Shown here piece after piece: positions 12,359 to 25,372 of a stretch of DNA of 64,000 nt. A program made the translations under genes and the position numbers. Numbering within the stretch: position 1 is the stretch's first letter; every line of letters begins with the position of its first letter. The DNA comes from Octopus sinensis (lineage: Eukaryota). Under the pieces are notes generated by a model. That model ran no database searches. It worked only from the letters and a program-made list of their open reading frames with translations, and had not been told where the DNA came from. Where the stretch lies: positions 52,018,001 through 52,082,000 of the forward strand of contig NC_042999.1 of assembly GCF_006345805.1 (NCBI RefSeq), written 5' to 3'.

Positions 12359-14967
12359 GCTATTTCTCTACGTATTTAAAAATGTGCGTGCGCCTGTGTG
12401 TACGCATGTACGAGTTGGTTGACGTGTTTCTTGTGTCTAAACAAGGAAAAAGTTCAACCAACGGAAATTGCGACTTGAATATCTCTTAGCTGTTTACGTC
12501 TTTACTTCAACACTCAACTGAACTCTAAATGACAACAAACTTCCTGGTATCAAAGCAGAGAAACTTCCCTTTCCCTTTCTCTCAACCAACACCCTACAAA
12601 CATACTTTCATCTTTTTCACTTGTCTTTCTCGATCCTTCCTCCCTACACACTCACTCCTCCTCTCTGTCTTTTATATCACATCATTGACATGACTTTCCA
12701 ACCAAAAGAAAGCTCTGGAAAAACTTAATAAAGCCAAAAAGACCAAAGTAAATGACAGCATAGTGACAGCTAGAAAACCGAAATTTTGAAGTCACGGTTG
12801 ACCCTTTCCATGTAAAAACGCAGTCTACTAAAATGTGTCACGCGATTGTTTTTATATATAATTTCACATAAATACAAGAATATATGTATATTTATATACG
12901 TGTATATAGATACTTATAAGCACACGCACACACGCGCGCGCACACGTACAAATGGATAGTTATATAGTGAACAGATGAGATCCAGAGATACACGGTATAG
13001 AAAACACTTGGTAGCGCTCAAATGATTCGAACTTAGACTCCGATGTACGAGGGAACAATTCCGCATGCTAAAGAGTGGCTATAAGAGAAATCCAGGTCAG
13101 TAGATATAGAGGCAATTAAATATAACGGCTTGGGTTCGACATACAGGTAAGTGATGATATACCGAGCAACAGAAACACTGGATCAATTTTCTTCTGAGGA
13201 ATTCTGTTTGAAAGTAATTTTTGCGATAGAAACTGACAAGTCGTATCTCTAATCTTCCACTCTTGGCAGCAGAGTCTTTACTACAGCTTAGACTGAAATT
13301 AATGATGCTTTCATTGAATTAATGCTTATACGAGTTTACAATCGAAACCTCTTCTCACGCTCAAAACGAAAACACAGAATGAAAAAAAGGAAAACCTATC
13401 CAAACAATTATATAAATTATCGGTACAGTTTTACAGAGCTCCTTGTAACTTTCTTCGGCATTTTTCACAAGAAAATTGTTTTACACATCCCCTCACCAAA
13501 TAATATAGTGATTGATAATATTAATTAAGAAAAATGTGCAAGATTTTTCTTTTGTCAAATTGAGAATTTTGGTATCTCAATGCAAGTGAGTTTCAAATTT
13601 AGATCTTCATAGTTTAAGAAATTAATCCTTTTGGACTTAATATTATTAAACAAGTCGTGACAATTAGTAATCAACTTAAATAATAGATTTTGAATATTTA
13701 ATTGAAAGGCATTGTTAATGTGCAAAATAGTTAATTCTACAATAAATTTAAACTTTATTTCTTAATTAACAAATTAGCGTTGTTTGTTAACGAATTAACA
13801 TTTATATAGCATTTATATAGTATTGCGTTTCACAGTTATATTTTGTTTGTTAGTTTCTCTTTGGTAACTTGGTATAAACTCCTACGCTTGATGAAATACC
13901 ATATGGACCTATTCGAAATTATTTAGTCAATTATTAATTTAAGAAGTCGTTAACGTCATTTCGTTTAACGTCACACAACGTTGTTTTAATTAGCATAATT
14001 TTATTATAACGTTGAACACACACACACAAAGTAAAGTAAAATTAATGCTAAATTTATATTTTCTTTTGATTCTTGTTCATGTTTCATCTATCAATTAATT
14101 CCTCATATTTCGTCTATTTCCCAGTTGTCCTCTAAAGTATATTCCTAATGTGTCTCCCGTCTGCATCCGTCCAGATGAAAGTTTTTTAATACATGACCAT
14201 ACTTCAAGTGTAAAAGGACGAAAATTGAAGAAACATTTTCTTTCTACTAACTATACCTTCTTTAATATATTGAGTACAATGGTTCTTTATTCGGTTTTCT
14301 ATCGGAGAGTTACTGTTCTGTCGGTTATATTGGCGAGATATTAAATGAAAATTAAATTAAATTGAAACAAAATAAATAAATATTGTGGAAGAAAGAGGAA
14401 ACTAAAAAACAAAGTTTGGTGGCAAACGACCTTTCTTACAATCTTCGCTTTGTAAGCATTCGTGATTTATCTCCCTTTTGCAAGGGTACACGAACCTACA
14501 TTGTGCACCATTGCTCGCTATAGATATATACAGATGTTACTGGAACAGTTCGCCCGGACGGCAACTAACCAATGCAATTCTGAAAAAATTATATCTTATC
14601 CCCAAAATATATAACGTGTTTAGCTGCCCCGAAAAATTGACTCGGAATAAAAAGAGCAGAACCAAAAATCTGGAAAGCCTTTCAAGCTTATTGATGGAAG
14701 ATATGCACCAATGTAACTTTTCTGTTTGCTAATTGCCATCTTAAAGTTTATATGGTGACTTCTAGCAATACAAGGTTCTAGGTCTGAAAGGGATAAAATT
14801 GTATAACGCAGCTGGAAGGATAGTCTGCAAGTGCCAACCAATAAACCGCAGCTACTCTTCCGGCCTTTCTAAAAAAATATTATTGACTAATTAGACTAAA
14901 AGCTGCTAAAATATTTTAATAATGACACAACGTTTTGTTCTAAACGCTAACGTCAAAACGAACTTCT

Positions 14968-15189
14968 TTTCTTTCTTTCTCTTACTTGTTTCAGTCATTT
15001 GACTGCGGCCATGCTGGAGCACCGCCTTTAGTCGAGCAAATCGACCCCAGAACTTATTCTTTGTAAGCCTAGTACTTTCTCTATCGGTGGGACTGAACCC
15101 GAAAACATGTGGTTGGCAAGCAAGCTACTTACCACACAGCCACTCCTGTGCCTATGCCACTCCTGCGCCTATGCCACTCCTGCGCCTAT
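14968..15189 (-). mobile_element. tRNA-derived SINE family B, internally deleted
   Basis: Head ggcgcaggagtggctgtgtggtaagtagcttg and tail cagcatggccgcagtcaaatgactgaaacaag joined by a deletion near 15088. Confidence 0.85.
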
Positions 15190-15787
15190 CTGTCTCTAAA
15201 ATATAAAAACAAATCTGCCCTAGGGTTTCTGGCTGACAGAAATGTTCGGATTCTCCTTATTTAGTGGTAAAGCTTCACATCCAAAACTGCAGTCCTTGCC
15301 TGTTAAAGATTCGGAGACTTCACGAACTGTGAAAATCTACTTTAAGGCAAACCTTCCTGGTGTACGGCGTTCAAATAGAAAGGAGTGGATCACGGGATAG
15401 GACGAAAGATAAAATAGATCTCGGTGGAATTTGAACAGTACATAATGACGGACAAAATGCCACTATGAATTTTGCTCGGCATACTAACAATTTTCCAGCT
15501 TGCCGGCTTCAGCTATAATTTAATACAACAGTTTATCAGACGGCGTGCAGGCAAAATGCTTAGCGGCACTTCATCTGTCTTTGCGTTCTGTGTTCAAATG
15601 GCACTGAGGTCGACGTAGTATTTCATGCTTTCAGGGTCGATAAAATAAGTCCCAGTTGAGCACTGGGGCTGCTAGTCTTCTATAAAATCAACCTTGTCCG
15701 GACTTGTGCCTTGAAGGAGAACTGCCTAGGTGCAGTCACATGGTCATTCATGACTGAAGGGGATATCTACTACTACTACTACTACTA

Positions 15788-15823
<36 letters not shown>

Positions 15824-15892
15824 ACACATATATAAACATATATGTAAACTCACTTGGAAATGGATACGTTGCGTTCAATTAAATAATAATGT

Positions 15893-15933
<41 letters not shown>

Positions 15934-15983
15934 AAATATTGAGTTTCTAAATCTCTCGTAGAGAGGTGTACGGTGGTGGAGCG

Positions 15984-16159
15984 ATATAATGGTTGTATAC
16001 TGTCAATCTAACAAGAACGTGACAGTAGGGGGTACACCACCGTTATATAGCCCTAGGAGGCATCGAGCCGTCAGGAGGCGTTCGATGCCTCCTAGGGCTA
16101 TATAGCGGTGGTGTACCCCCTACTGCCACGTTCTTGTTAGATTGACAGTATACAACCAT

Positions 16160-16164
<5 letters not shown>
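15984..16164. repeat. 83-bp-arm inverted repeat (hairpin), 15-nt loop
   Basis: 15984-16066 is the reverse complement of 16082-16164 with two non-Watson-Crick positions. Confidence 0.95.
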
Positions 16165-16204
<40 letters not shown>

Positions 16205-16610
16205 TGTATGTATGTATGTATGTATATATATATATATATATATATAAAATGAGATAGGGGTTGAAAATTCAACCCACCATGGGATAATATATATCCAATA
16301 TACTGCTAGATAGGTACCCAACAAATTTAATACATAGATGTTAACAATTGTCAAACAATCAGTTCATCTATTGCATTATATGGGTAAAGGTAATAATATT
16401 ACCGTAAATTAATACTACAAAATTAGAGAATGGAGAAATATACTTAAATCAGTAAAACATCAACTATCCGATGATACTCAATCCATACTTTAATACACCA
16501 TTACATATGAGTAAAGGCAATACATAAAATGAAATGAGATATACAGTAATAGTAAAAAGATAAAGAGATATAAGTAAAAAATTTTTTTTAAAATATAATA
16601 TGCAAATAAA

Positions 16611-16730
16611 TCAAAACTGACAGCTGTTTCGGCAGTGAGGACAGTCATACCTCATTTAACCTATAAGCCATAAAGGCAGGTATAAATGAGGCATTAACAA
16701 GGATGCCCCACGGCCTCTTCAGAGAATTAA
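16611..16730 (-). ncRNA. type-I hammerhead ribozyme motif with long domain II
   Basis: Mirror image of 18690-18809. Confidence 0.7.
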
Positions 16731-17067
16731 ATTAAATTTGTTATAATAGTGAAAAATATTATACAATCATATACATATAAATATAAAAATATAAAAAAAT
16801 AAAATATAAAAACATATACATCATAAAGCTACACTTATATAATATACTACACATTTGTACAAAAAAGGAAAGCAAACAGAACAAAATAAAACAAAATATA
16901 TAATAGTGTATATATTAATATCAATAAGTACCGATATTATACATATTTGGCTAGTAGTTTTTTATATATAAAAAAAAAGGCTAACATATATGGAGATGGA
17001 AAATAATAAATAAATCCGTGGTATAGTTCATAAGATACTAAAGCTATAAAAGTTAATAAAAATTACT

Positions 17068-17115
<48 letters not shown>

Positions 17116-18689
17116 ATATATAATAAAAAAATAGATACAGTTAAGTTAGCACCAAGTCCATCCTTACAAGATCGAAATAACTATGAGTTAAGAAATGCTG
17201 ACCACTAGGTAAAGAAAAAATAGATTAATTCTATTGGCTATAGGTTTGAAATTTAAATCACAAAAGAAAATTATACGGTTGGTTAGTCAGGGAACGCCAA
17301 TATTCACACACGCATCTACAGATCAATCGCACATACACACATAGTAATATGTATATGCATACACTTATACACATACATAATTCCAAGCAACAACTAGCAC
17401 ATAGATAAACAAAAAGGGAAGCAACTATGCTACAATTTGGTCCTTCAAAATTATAATATGCCTCAATAATAAAAGAAGAACCATCCATGCATTCCATAGA
17501 ATATTTAATTTAGATATAAATATATTTTTAAATATCAGTATGTTACTAAGTCAGATACTTATTTCATGGGTAACTTAAAATTTATAACACCGGTTTGTTG
17601 CAGAGTAAAACATACGGTTGTTAGATTTATCGTAAGTTTGTTATGGTTTTTAGTACGCTAAATTATAAAATAAAATATAAAATATATATTAATTTAAATA
17701 TTATAAATAAGCCACTTATTAACTTAATAAATAAATATAGTGCCATAATATACCAGTTTAGGCATTAAAGAATAGAAGGGGAAGTATTAATGTAAACGCT
17801 TATGAGAACAACATAGAAATTTTAAATAAATTTTATAAATTTTAAGTTACCCATGAAATAAGTATCTGACTTAGTAAACATACTGATATTTAAAAAATAT
17901 ATTTATATCTTAATTAAATATTCTATGAATGCATGGATGGTTCTTCTTTTATTATTGAGGCATATTATAATTTTGAAGGACCAATTGGTAGCATAGTTGC
18001 TTCCCTTTTTGTTTATCTATGTGCTAGTTGTTGCTTGGAATTATGTATGTGTATAAGTGTATGCATATACATATTACTATGTGTGTATGTGCGATTGATC
18101 TGTAGATGCGTGTGTGAATATTGGCGTTCCCTGACTAACCAACCGTATAATTTTCTTTTGTGATTTAAATTTCAAACCTATAGCCAATAGAATTAATCTT
18201 TTTTCTTACCTAGTGGTCAGCATTTCTTAACTCATAGTTATTTCGATCTTGTAAGGATGGACTTGGTGCTAACTTAACTGTATCTATTTTTTTATTATAT
18301 AATTTTTTTTTTTATTATTATTATTATATTATTATTATTATTATTATTATTAATAGTAATTTTTATTAACTTTTATAGCTTTAGTATCTTATGAACTATA
18401 CCACGGATTTATTTATTATTTTCCATCTCCATATATGTTAGCCTTTTTTTTTATATATAAAAACTACTAGCCAAATATGTATAATATCGGTACTTATTGA
18501 TATTAATATATACACTATTATATATTTTGTTTTATTTTGTTCTGTTTGCTTTCCTTTTTTGTACAAATGTGTAGTATATTATATAAGTGTAGCTTTATGA
18601 TGTATATGTTTTTATATTTTATTTTTTATATTTTTATATTTATATGTATATGATTGTATAATATTTTTCACTATTATAACAAATTTAAT

Positions 18690-18809
18690 TTAATTCTCTG
18701 AAGAGGCCGTGGGGCATCCTTGTTAATGCCTCATTTATACCTGCCTTTATGGCTTATAGGTTAAATGAGGTATGACTGTCCTCACTGCCGAAACAGCTGT
18801 CAGTTTTGA
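18690..18809 (+). ncRNA. type-I hammerhead ribozyme motif with long domain II
   Basis: CTGAAGA (18698-18704), stem II GGC/GCC extended by GTGGGG/CCTCAC and ATGCCTCATTTA/TAAATGAGGTAT, GAAA (18790), palindromic stem III CAGCTG, GUC triplet ending 18801; stem I short (CT/AG). Confidence 0.7.
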
Positions 18810-19029
18810 TTTATTTGCATATTATATTTTAAAAAAAAATTTTTTACTTATATCTCTTTATCTTTTTACTATTACTGTATATCTCATTTCATTTTATGTA
18901 TTGCCTTTACTCATATGTAATGGTGTATTAAAGTATGGATTGAGTATCATCGGATAGTTGATGTTTTACTGATTTAAGTATATTTCTCCATTCTCTAATT
19001 TTGTAGTATATATATATATATATATATAT

Positions 19030-19335
19030 GGAGGCGCAATGGCCCAGTGGTTAGGGCAGCGGACTCGCGGTCGTAGGATCGCGGTTTCGATTCCCAGGCC
19101 GGGCGTTGTGAGTGTTTATTGAGCAAAAACACCTAAAGCTCCAAGAGGGCAGAGGGTGGTGGCGATCCCTGCTGTACTCTTTCGCCACAACTTTCTCTCA
19201 CTCTTTCTTCTGTTAGTCTGCTCGCTTAGCCAGCGGTGTGGCGTCATTTGAAGGCTAAAACACAATGCGAAGCGCATTGTGACCAGCGATGTGTAGCAAC
19301 ATCTGATAGCCTGGTCGGTCACGGTGGTCATGGTG
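19030..19335 (+). mobile_element. tRNA-derived SINE family C
   Basis: A-box TGGCCCAGTGG and B-box-like GTTTCGATTCCC in a tRNA-like head, followed by a unique body. Confidence 0.85.
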
Positions 19336-20786
19336 ATATATATATAATTATATATATATATATATGTATATGCATATATGGGTACAGGACGTCACCAACA
19401 GTAAACAACATGAAATACGAAAACAAATGAGTTAAATACACAAATAAAGAGAGATTATGTCACACTTCACTCCTTCCTAACCTTCTTCAGCCAACTACCA
19501 TCCACGTATACCCTAAATATATCTTATACAATCTGCACCAACTCTGTCGACAGAAACGTCGAAAACATTCTTCAATGAAACCATTACCAGTTTTGTCAAC
19601 TTCAACCTCACAAAAACACAATCACTGCACATATCATGAAAACGAAATTCTACAGAAGCTCGCAGCTACGTTCAATTGTTGCGGCAATGAAGAATTTCAA
19701 AGAAGATGAAAATAATTTCAATTGTTTATAGTGCGTAAATTTAAATTCAAATTTTAACTAATTCCATTTCTATCACTCTCCTTCCAGAAAATTAACGAAC
19801 TTTGACAAAAAGGCAAAACTTGAAATGAAACATTTTGTATCCTTCGCTAATCTCTTTCTTTGCCAAAACATTTTCTTTTTTCAAAACGAGATAATATTAT
19901 ATAATCACTAAGTTCACAATTGATTTGTGTTGATGAGATTCAACTAGATCGAAATAAATGACGTGATAACGGTATGCGTTGCTGCCCCCTATAAATAGTA
20001 GGTTCTTGGTGTGATTTATGTAGACGTTATTAAAGGAACTTTAACATAAACTGTAAGATTTATGCGTCGTCATTTATTTATACGTGGATGCAATTTGCAT
20101 GTTTTTATTTTTTTTTACATTCTCTTAGGTGTATTGATTCCTTTATAAATTATCTACTTTTGTTAGGAATTTTGTAGCATATTAATGTGTTGTCTACATA
20201 TGTTTTCTTATCTAGTTGTGTTTCTGCTGTGCAACGGATAGGACAAGGTATCTTCTCCTTATTCTAAGTGTATGATGTTTTGGCAAGGGAGTTCCATATT
20301 TCTGTGGTTAGTGAGGATCGTATATGGAGTTTACAACTACCAGGTTTGTAATGGAATTTATAAATCGCATTTATATTGGAATTTGACCCTGGGTTTACAG
20401 TTCGCCTAATGATATCCATTGAGTAAGTACGAGGATTTAAAAAAATAAGAATTGGAGGACGATTCGTTCGTCTAAATTTCTTCAAGCCGATGGTCCAGCA
20501 TGGTCGCCGTCCAATGACTGAAACAAGATAAACGGTAGCAATTGAACAGATCTGGAGTAGACCGAACGAAGTGACCAGAAACTGTGTCTCGTTGAGGACT
20601 TAGTGTCCAACTTAGTACCAATAACGAATCTGCTGAAACAATTATCAGAGAGGGCGACAGTGCGGCGTAGGGTACGTGAACGGAGCAACGCTTTAAAAAA
20701 TGATGAGGCCCTAATCGTTTGTCGTATCAGAGATATGTTTGTGGTTTAACAACGCCTCATACACAAGCACACTCACACAGTTAAGG

Positions 20787-20852
<66 letters not shown>

Positions 20853-21619
20853 ACACATTGTTACTATTCATATATAAAGAACATAAATTATCTCATGTTT
20901 TATGTTTGAGTATGTAATCATATGAATGTCTCTCTCTCTCTTGGCAAATCTCTCGTTCAATCTCTCTATATGTCTCTCCCTCTCTCTCCCTCCCCCTCCC
21001 TTCCACCTTTCTCCCTTTCTCCCTATTTCTTTCTTACGTCGATATCAACTGGTGCAAAGCAATCTCGTTTCTCAGCTTTCGTCACCTATCATTATCCTTC
21101 AGCTGTGATCATTGAGAAATACAAGCCATCACAATGACAGGTAACACATAAATCAAGTGAGAAACAAAAGACGTTAACAGTGAGTGTGTATTATTGATTC
21201 CCACAGAGATTGCAATTCACTCGTCTCATTTCTGTATATTTATATACAACCACCCGTATCTACGCAGTTATAAACACTATTAAAGGAGACTCAGCCACCA
21301 TGCATTAATGAGTCTTTTCGTATCATCAAATAAGAATTTTGCCTCAGATTATTTTCTATAAATGTGTGATGCTAAAGAATTCAGGGATTACGCAGAAGTG
21401 TTTGATCCATTTCTCTAATTCCATGAAAAGTATCAATGATTAAGAGTCAAACCAGAAGCGTGAAAATAAATTAAACAATAACATGTTGGTTAAATTTCTG
21501 TGAATTTTAATGGTTTTATAGCGTTTCATTATATTTAGAATGCGTGCCTAGTTGAATACACTATATATCTATATATATATTCTTCGATATATTTCCTATC
21601 TATATAAGTGTGTGTGTAT

Positions 21620-21788
21620 GTGTATGTATAGTTGAAATTTACAGAAAAATAAAGACGAAGACAGGTTTATAAACAAAAAACAGGTGTATTAGTTTGACGC
21701 TCGAGAAGCTGAGAAAGTCTTTTACATTTCGAGCCTACGCTCTTCAACATGAAGGAACACGAGGAAATAAACTGAGATAATATATATA

Positions 21789-21790
<2 letters not shown>
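21620..21790 (-). mobile_element. short repeat with degenerate HHR-like motif (same family as 29890-30060)
   Basis: catgttga-a-GAGC-gtag-GCTC-GAAA-tg-ta-aaag at 21719-21755; tail gagcgtcaaactaatacacc shared with the 29890 copy. Confidence 0.6.
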
Positions 21791-21856
<66 letters not shown>

Positions 21857-22250
21857 GGGACAGAGATATATACATGCATACATACATATATTTACCATGC
21901 TGGACTGCTGTAAACACAACAACGCATGTAGCAATGGTGCGGCTTGAACACAGATACAAAGACACACACACACATATCTACATACATCTATATGTGGTTG
22001 GGAAGCAAGCCCTTTACCACACAGTCACAGACGCGCTCCTGTCCCCATAAAACCACACCTGCGCCAATAAAGCCTGTTGCCTATAAAGCGAAGCCTGTGT
22101 CTATAAAGACACGCAAATGTAGCAGTAGGTAAATATTACTGTTTGATAGTTCTGGGTGAAATCTGAACGTGGACGAGCTTTATACTGTACGCTGCTACGT
22201 TCTTAACAGAATATAACCTAACTATATATATACATATATACAAACGTGTA

Positions 22251-22306
<56 letters not shown>

Positions 22307-22309
22307 CCG

Positions 22310-22504
22310 GAGTAAACACATAAATGTGAAACAAGGTGGAAAAAAGAGTACTCAAATACCAATGGTAGAGTAATATGCTTTATTTAAAAACAGCAGAAAT
22401 TCAACAAAACCTGTTACTCTGAGTTTCACGTTCCCGTTCGACGAACGGGAACGTGAAACTCAGAGTAACAGGTTTTGTCGAATTTCTGCTGCTTTTAAAT
22501 AAAG

Positions 22505-22509
<5 letters not shown>
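22310..22509. mobile_element. fold-back PLE-type insertion: 68-bp-arm palindrome centred on an HHR core
   Basis: 22373-22440 is the reverse complement of 22442-22509; plus strand CCCGT-TCGACGA-ACG-GGAA-CGT-GAAA-CTC-A-GAG-TA-ACAGG at 22433-22472. Confidence 0.75.
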
Positions 22510-22595
<86 letters not shown>

Positions 22596-22754
22596 ATGTA
22601 TACGTTTGTATATATGTTGTAGCCGTCCGTGAAATTTCTTTTGTGTGTATGTTTGTGTGGGTGCATGGGTTGGGTTCGTATGTTGATTATTTTTTCTATC
22701 TATCTCTATTTCTTATATTTATCACAGGTATATGGCAAATATATTTATTTATTA

Positions 22755-23157
22755 GTCGCAGGATTGGCTGTTTGGTAAGTAGCTTGCTTACTAGCCACAT
22801 GGTTCCAGGCTCAGTCCCACTGCGTGGCACCTTGAGCAAGTGTCTTCTACTATAGCCTCGGGCCGACCAAAGCTTTGTGAGTTGATTTGGTAGACGGAAA
22901 CTGAAAGAAGCCCGTCATATATATGCATAAGTATATATTTAAATGTATGTGTTTGTGTGTCTGTGTTTGTCTCCCCCTCCCCCAACATCGCTTGACAACT
23001 GATGCTGGTGTGTTTACGTCCCCGTAACTTAGCGGTTCGGCAAAAGACACCGGTAGAATAAGTACTAGGCTTACAAAGAATAAGTCCTGGGGTCGATTTG
23101 CTCGACTAAAGGCGGTGCTCCAGCATGGCCGCAGTCAAATGACTGAAACAAGTAAAA
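22755..23157 (+). mobile_element. tRNA-derived SINE family B, full length
   Basis: tggctgtttggtaagtagcttgc...ggctcagtcccac...internal (TG)n...gactgaaacaagtaaa. Confidence 0.9.
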
Positions 23158-23238
23158 CTCGTAAAAAAGCGTTATCTATTTATTTATTTTATCTTTATTT
23201 ATTTATGTATATTTCTTATATGTATCACACGTAAGTGC

Positions 23239-23322
<84 letters not shown>

Positions 23323-23544
23323 ATTGTGTGTGTATTACTCTGTATATATCTGTGTACTATTTACAATTTTTTTCCTTCTTTATTCTCTTCACTTCTGTCT
23401 TTAATCATGTGTTGTAGGTATTATTGTCCATTCATTTTTTCTATTGAAGCTCTGTCTGTCTGCTGCTATGTGTGTAACCTCTGCGATCTGTCACGAGACT
23501 TAGAATGAAGTAAGTAGAGGAAGAGCACACACGAAAACGAAATG

Positions 23545-23589
23545 TGTCGCTGAAGAGGTCACAGATGTGCGACGAAAGATTTCCGGACA
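23545..23589 (+). ncRNA. decayed minimal hammerhead ribozyme motif
   Basis: TGTCG-CTGAAGA-GGTCAC-AGAT-GTGCGAC-GAAA-GATT-TC-CGGACA; stem I TGTCG/CGGACA with one bulge, imperfect stems II and III. Confidence 0.45.
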
Positions 23590-25313
23590 ATGAAAATGAG
23601 GCAGAATTTAAAAAAAATAAGTATAGTAATAAACGAGTGAAGAACAAGTATATTGTGTGTGTGTTTACTTGGCAAAAAAAAGTGACAGTCTCGAAATTCA
23701 TCTGTTTTAACACACGATTTCACATCAGGAATCATGCAACACAAATTGACATACGTGGATGTAAAGATACACTGCACCTCCAGTGTAGCGTGGGACATTA
23801 AAAGTATGTGGACTCCAAAGGGCTCTAACACTGGGATTAAGTGTACAAATATGTTGAAATCATGTTGCATTTAAAGAAGGGGTCGGCTAATTTGGCCACC
23901 ACCACATTGAGCGGCTAAATTCCGTCCCAAAACGAATGCCACGTCACTGCCATACGTACAGTTACTCGAACACTGTTACAATCTATTCATATTGAAGCTA
24001 CATTCACAGATTTGCTGTCGAAATGTCACCCATGCAATTTTTTCTCTACTTATCTATCAGTGGTTTAAAACGAATTCATCCATTATTTAACCTCTTGTAC
24101 AATTCTTTAACAATAATTTATTTGAGGTTATATTTTTTTAGAGAACTGTCAAAATTGTTGAGATTTCATTAGTGAAGATGCCAATAAAATGTTTATTTAG
24201 TGATATGTCAAGGGATGTTTCTTTATGTTACTATGACAACCGGATCAACCACGACAAAAGTGTTTTTTAAAGAGACCCTTTGTTGAGGAAATATATTTTG
24301 AAAGAAAAAAACTTTCGTTTGACTTGTCAGGAAACTACACTGATGTTATATCGTATTGTTATAAATAGACGATTGATTATAATTGGATCAAGCCGGTTGT
24401 TATCCTAGCCTTCCTCTTATTATAGAATACTTGTGAAATATTTCACTTATACGTTGCAAGAAGATGAATAGGAAATATGTTGACAATAACATATAATTTT
24501 ATTTCCAATCTGGACATGTTGTATGTCACTGAAACAAATACTTTTAGCGGTTTATCTCATTTCTAGCTTCTCCCGATCATGGGGCTCTTCTGCCTGATTT
24601 GTTAGTTTCGACTCACTCTAGAAATATAATCAGGTTTATAAATCATAATTGACAGCCTGTGTATTTTAGTGTATATATTCTGCATTCAGCGAGACTTCAG
24701 GATTATTTGCCATAAACCAATTACTAACACATATGGCACGTTTATTTTAACAAATCTTTAAAACCATTATCAACAATAAATTTATCATTTTCGAATTCAT
24801 TTCCAGAAATATATCATCGGCAGCAATGAACTTTCCTAAACAAATCCACAGCAGACTCCTTGCTCAAATTTCAAGTAAAAGAGAGAAAAAAATAAAACGT
24901 TGAACTCAAAAGAAGACAAGTCAGATCATTATTCTTTCCCTTTAAATTTAAAAGTATTTTTCACTCAAAATCTCTGCCCGCCACCCAATTCCAGCATCTT
25001 TACAGATCAATATATTTGCTGTCTTTAATTGATATAAAATACAAGAAACGTTTATTTTAATATTTTGGTGAATATTTCAGTGTTTCAAAAAAGAAAAAAG
25101 GCCGTTTAATGAGTTTCTGTTTAGTAATTAGTAAAATATTTATTTTAGGAGATTAAAAAAATATTAAACCAATTAATCACATAAATCTCTTAAAAAGTTA
25201 TCGCGTGTTCTGACCAATTAATTATAGTTATTGTCTTAATATACACAATAAATATATTCCTTAACCGACTTCTATTCAATTAATTAGACATATCAGCATA
25301 ATACATTTTTCAG

Positions 25314-25372
25314 ATTTAGCGAAGCTGAAGACAAAGAACTTGATGCAGCATTCAAAGACAATTTTGGCACCG
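25314..25372 (+). CDS. candidate small exon
   Basis: catttttcag acceptor; open frames FSEAEDKELDAAFKDNFGT or LAKLKTKNLMQHSKTILAP; weak donor gtatca. Confidence 0.2.

Larger units (their letters stand above)
16412..19009. repeat. ~1.18-kb-arm inverted duplication with 245-bp spacer, probably PLE-derived
   Basis: 16412-17587 is the reverse complement of 17833-19009 with near identity; mirrored ORFs 17258-17497(-) and 17933-18163(+). Confidence 0.95.

Noticed and set aside
14126-14880. Exon-like open frames on both strands (14126-14344 + and 14620-14870 -)
   Set aside because: Acceptor-like sites are present but there are no good donors or recognisable homology; not distinguishable from chance.
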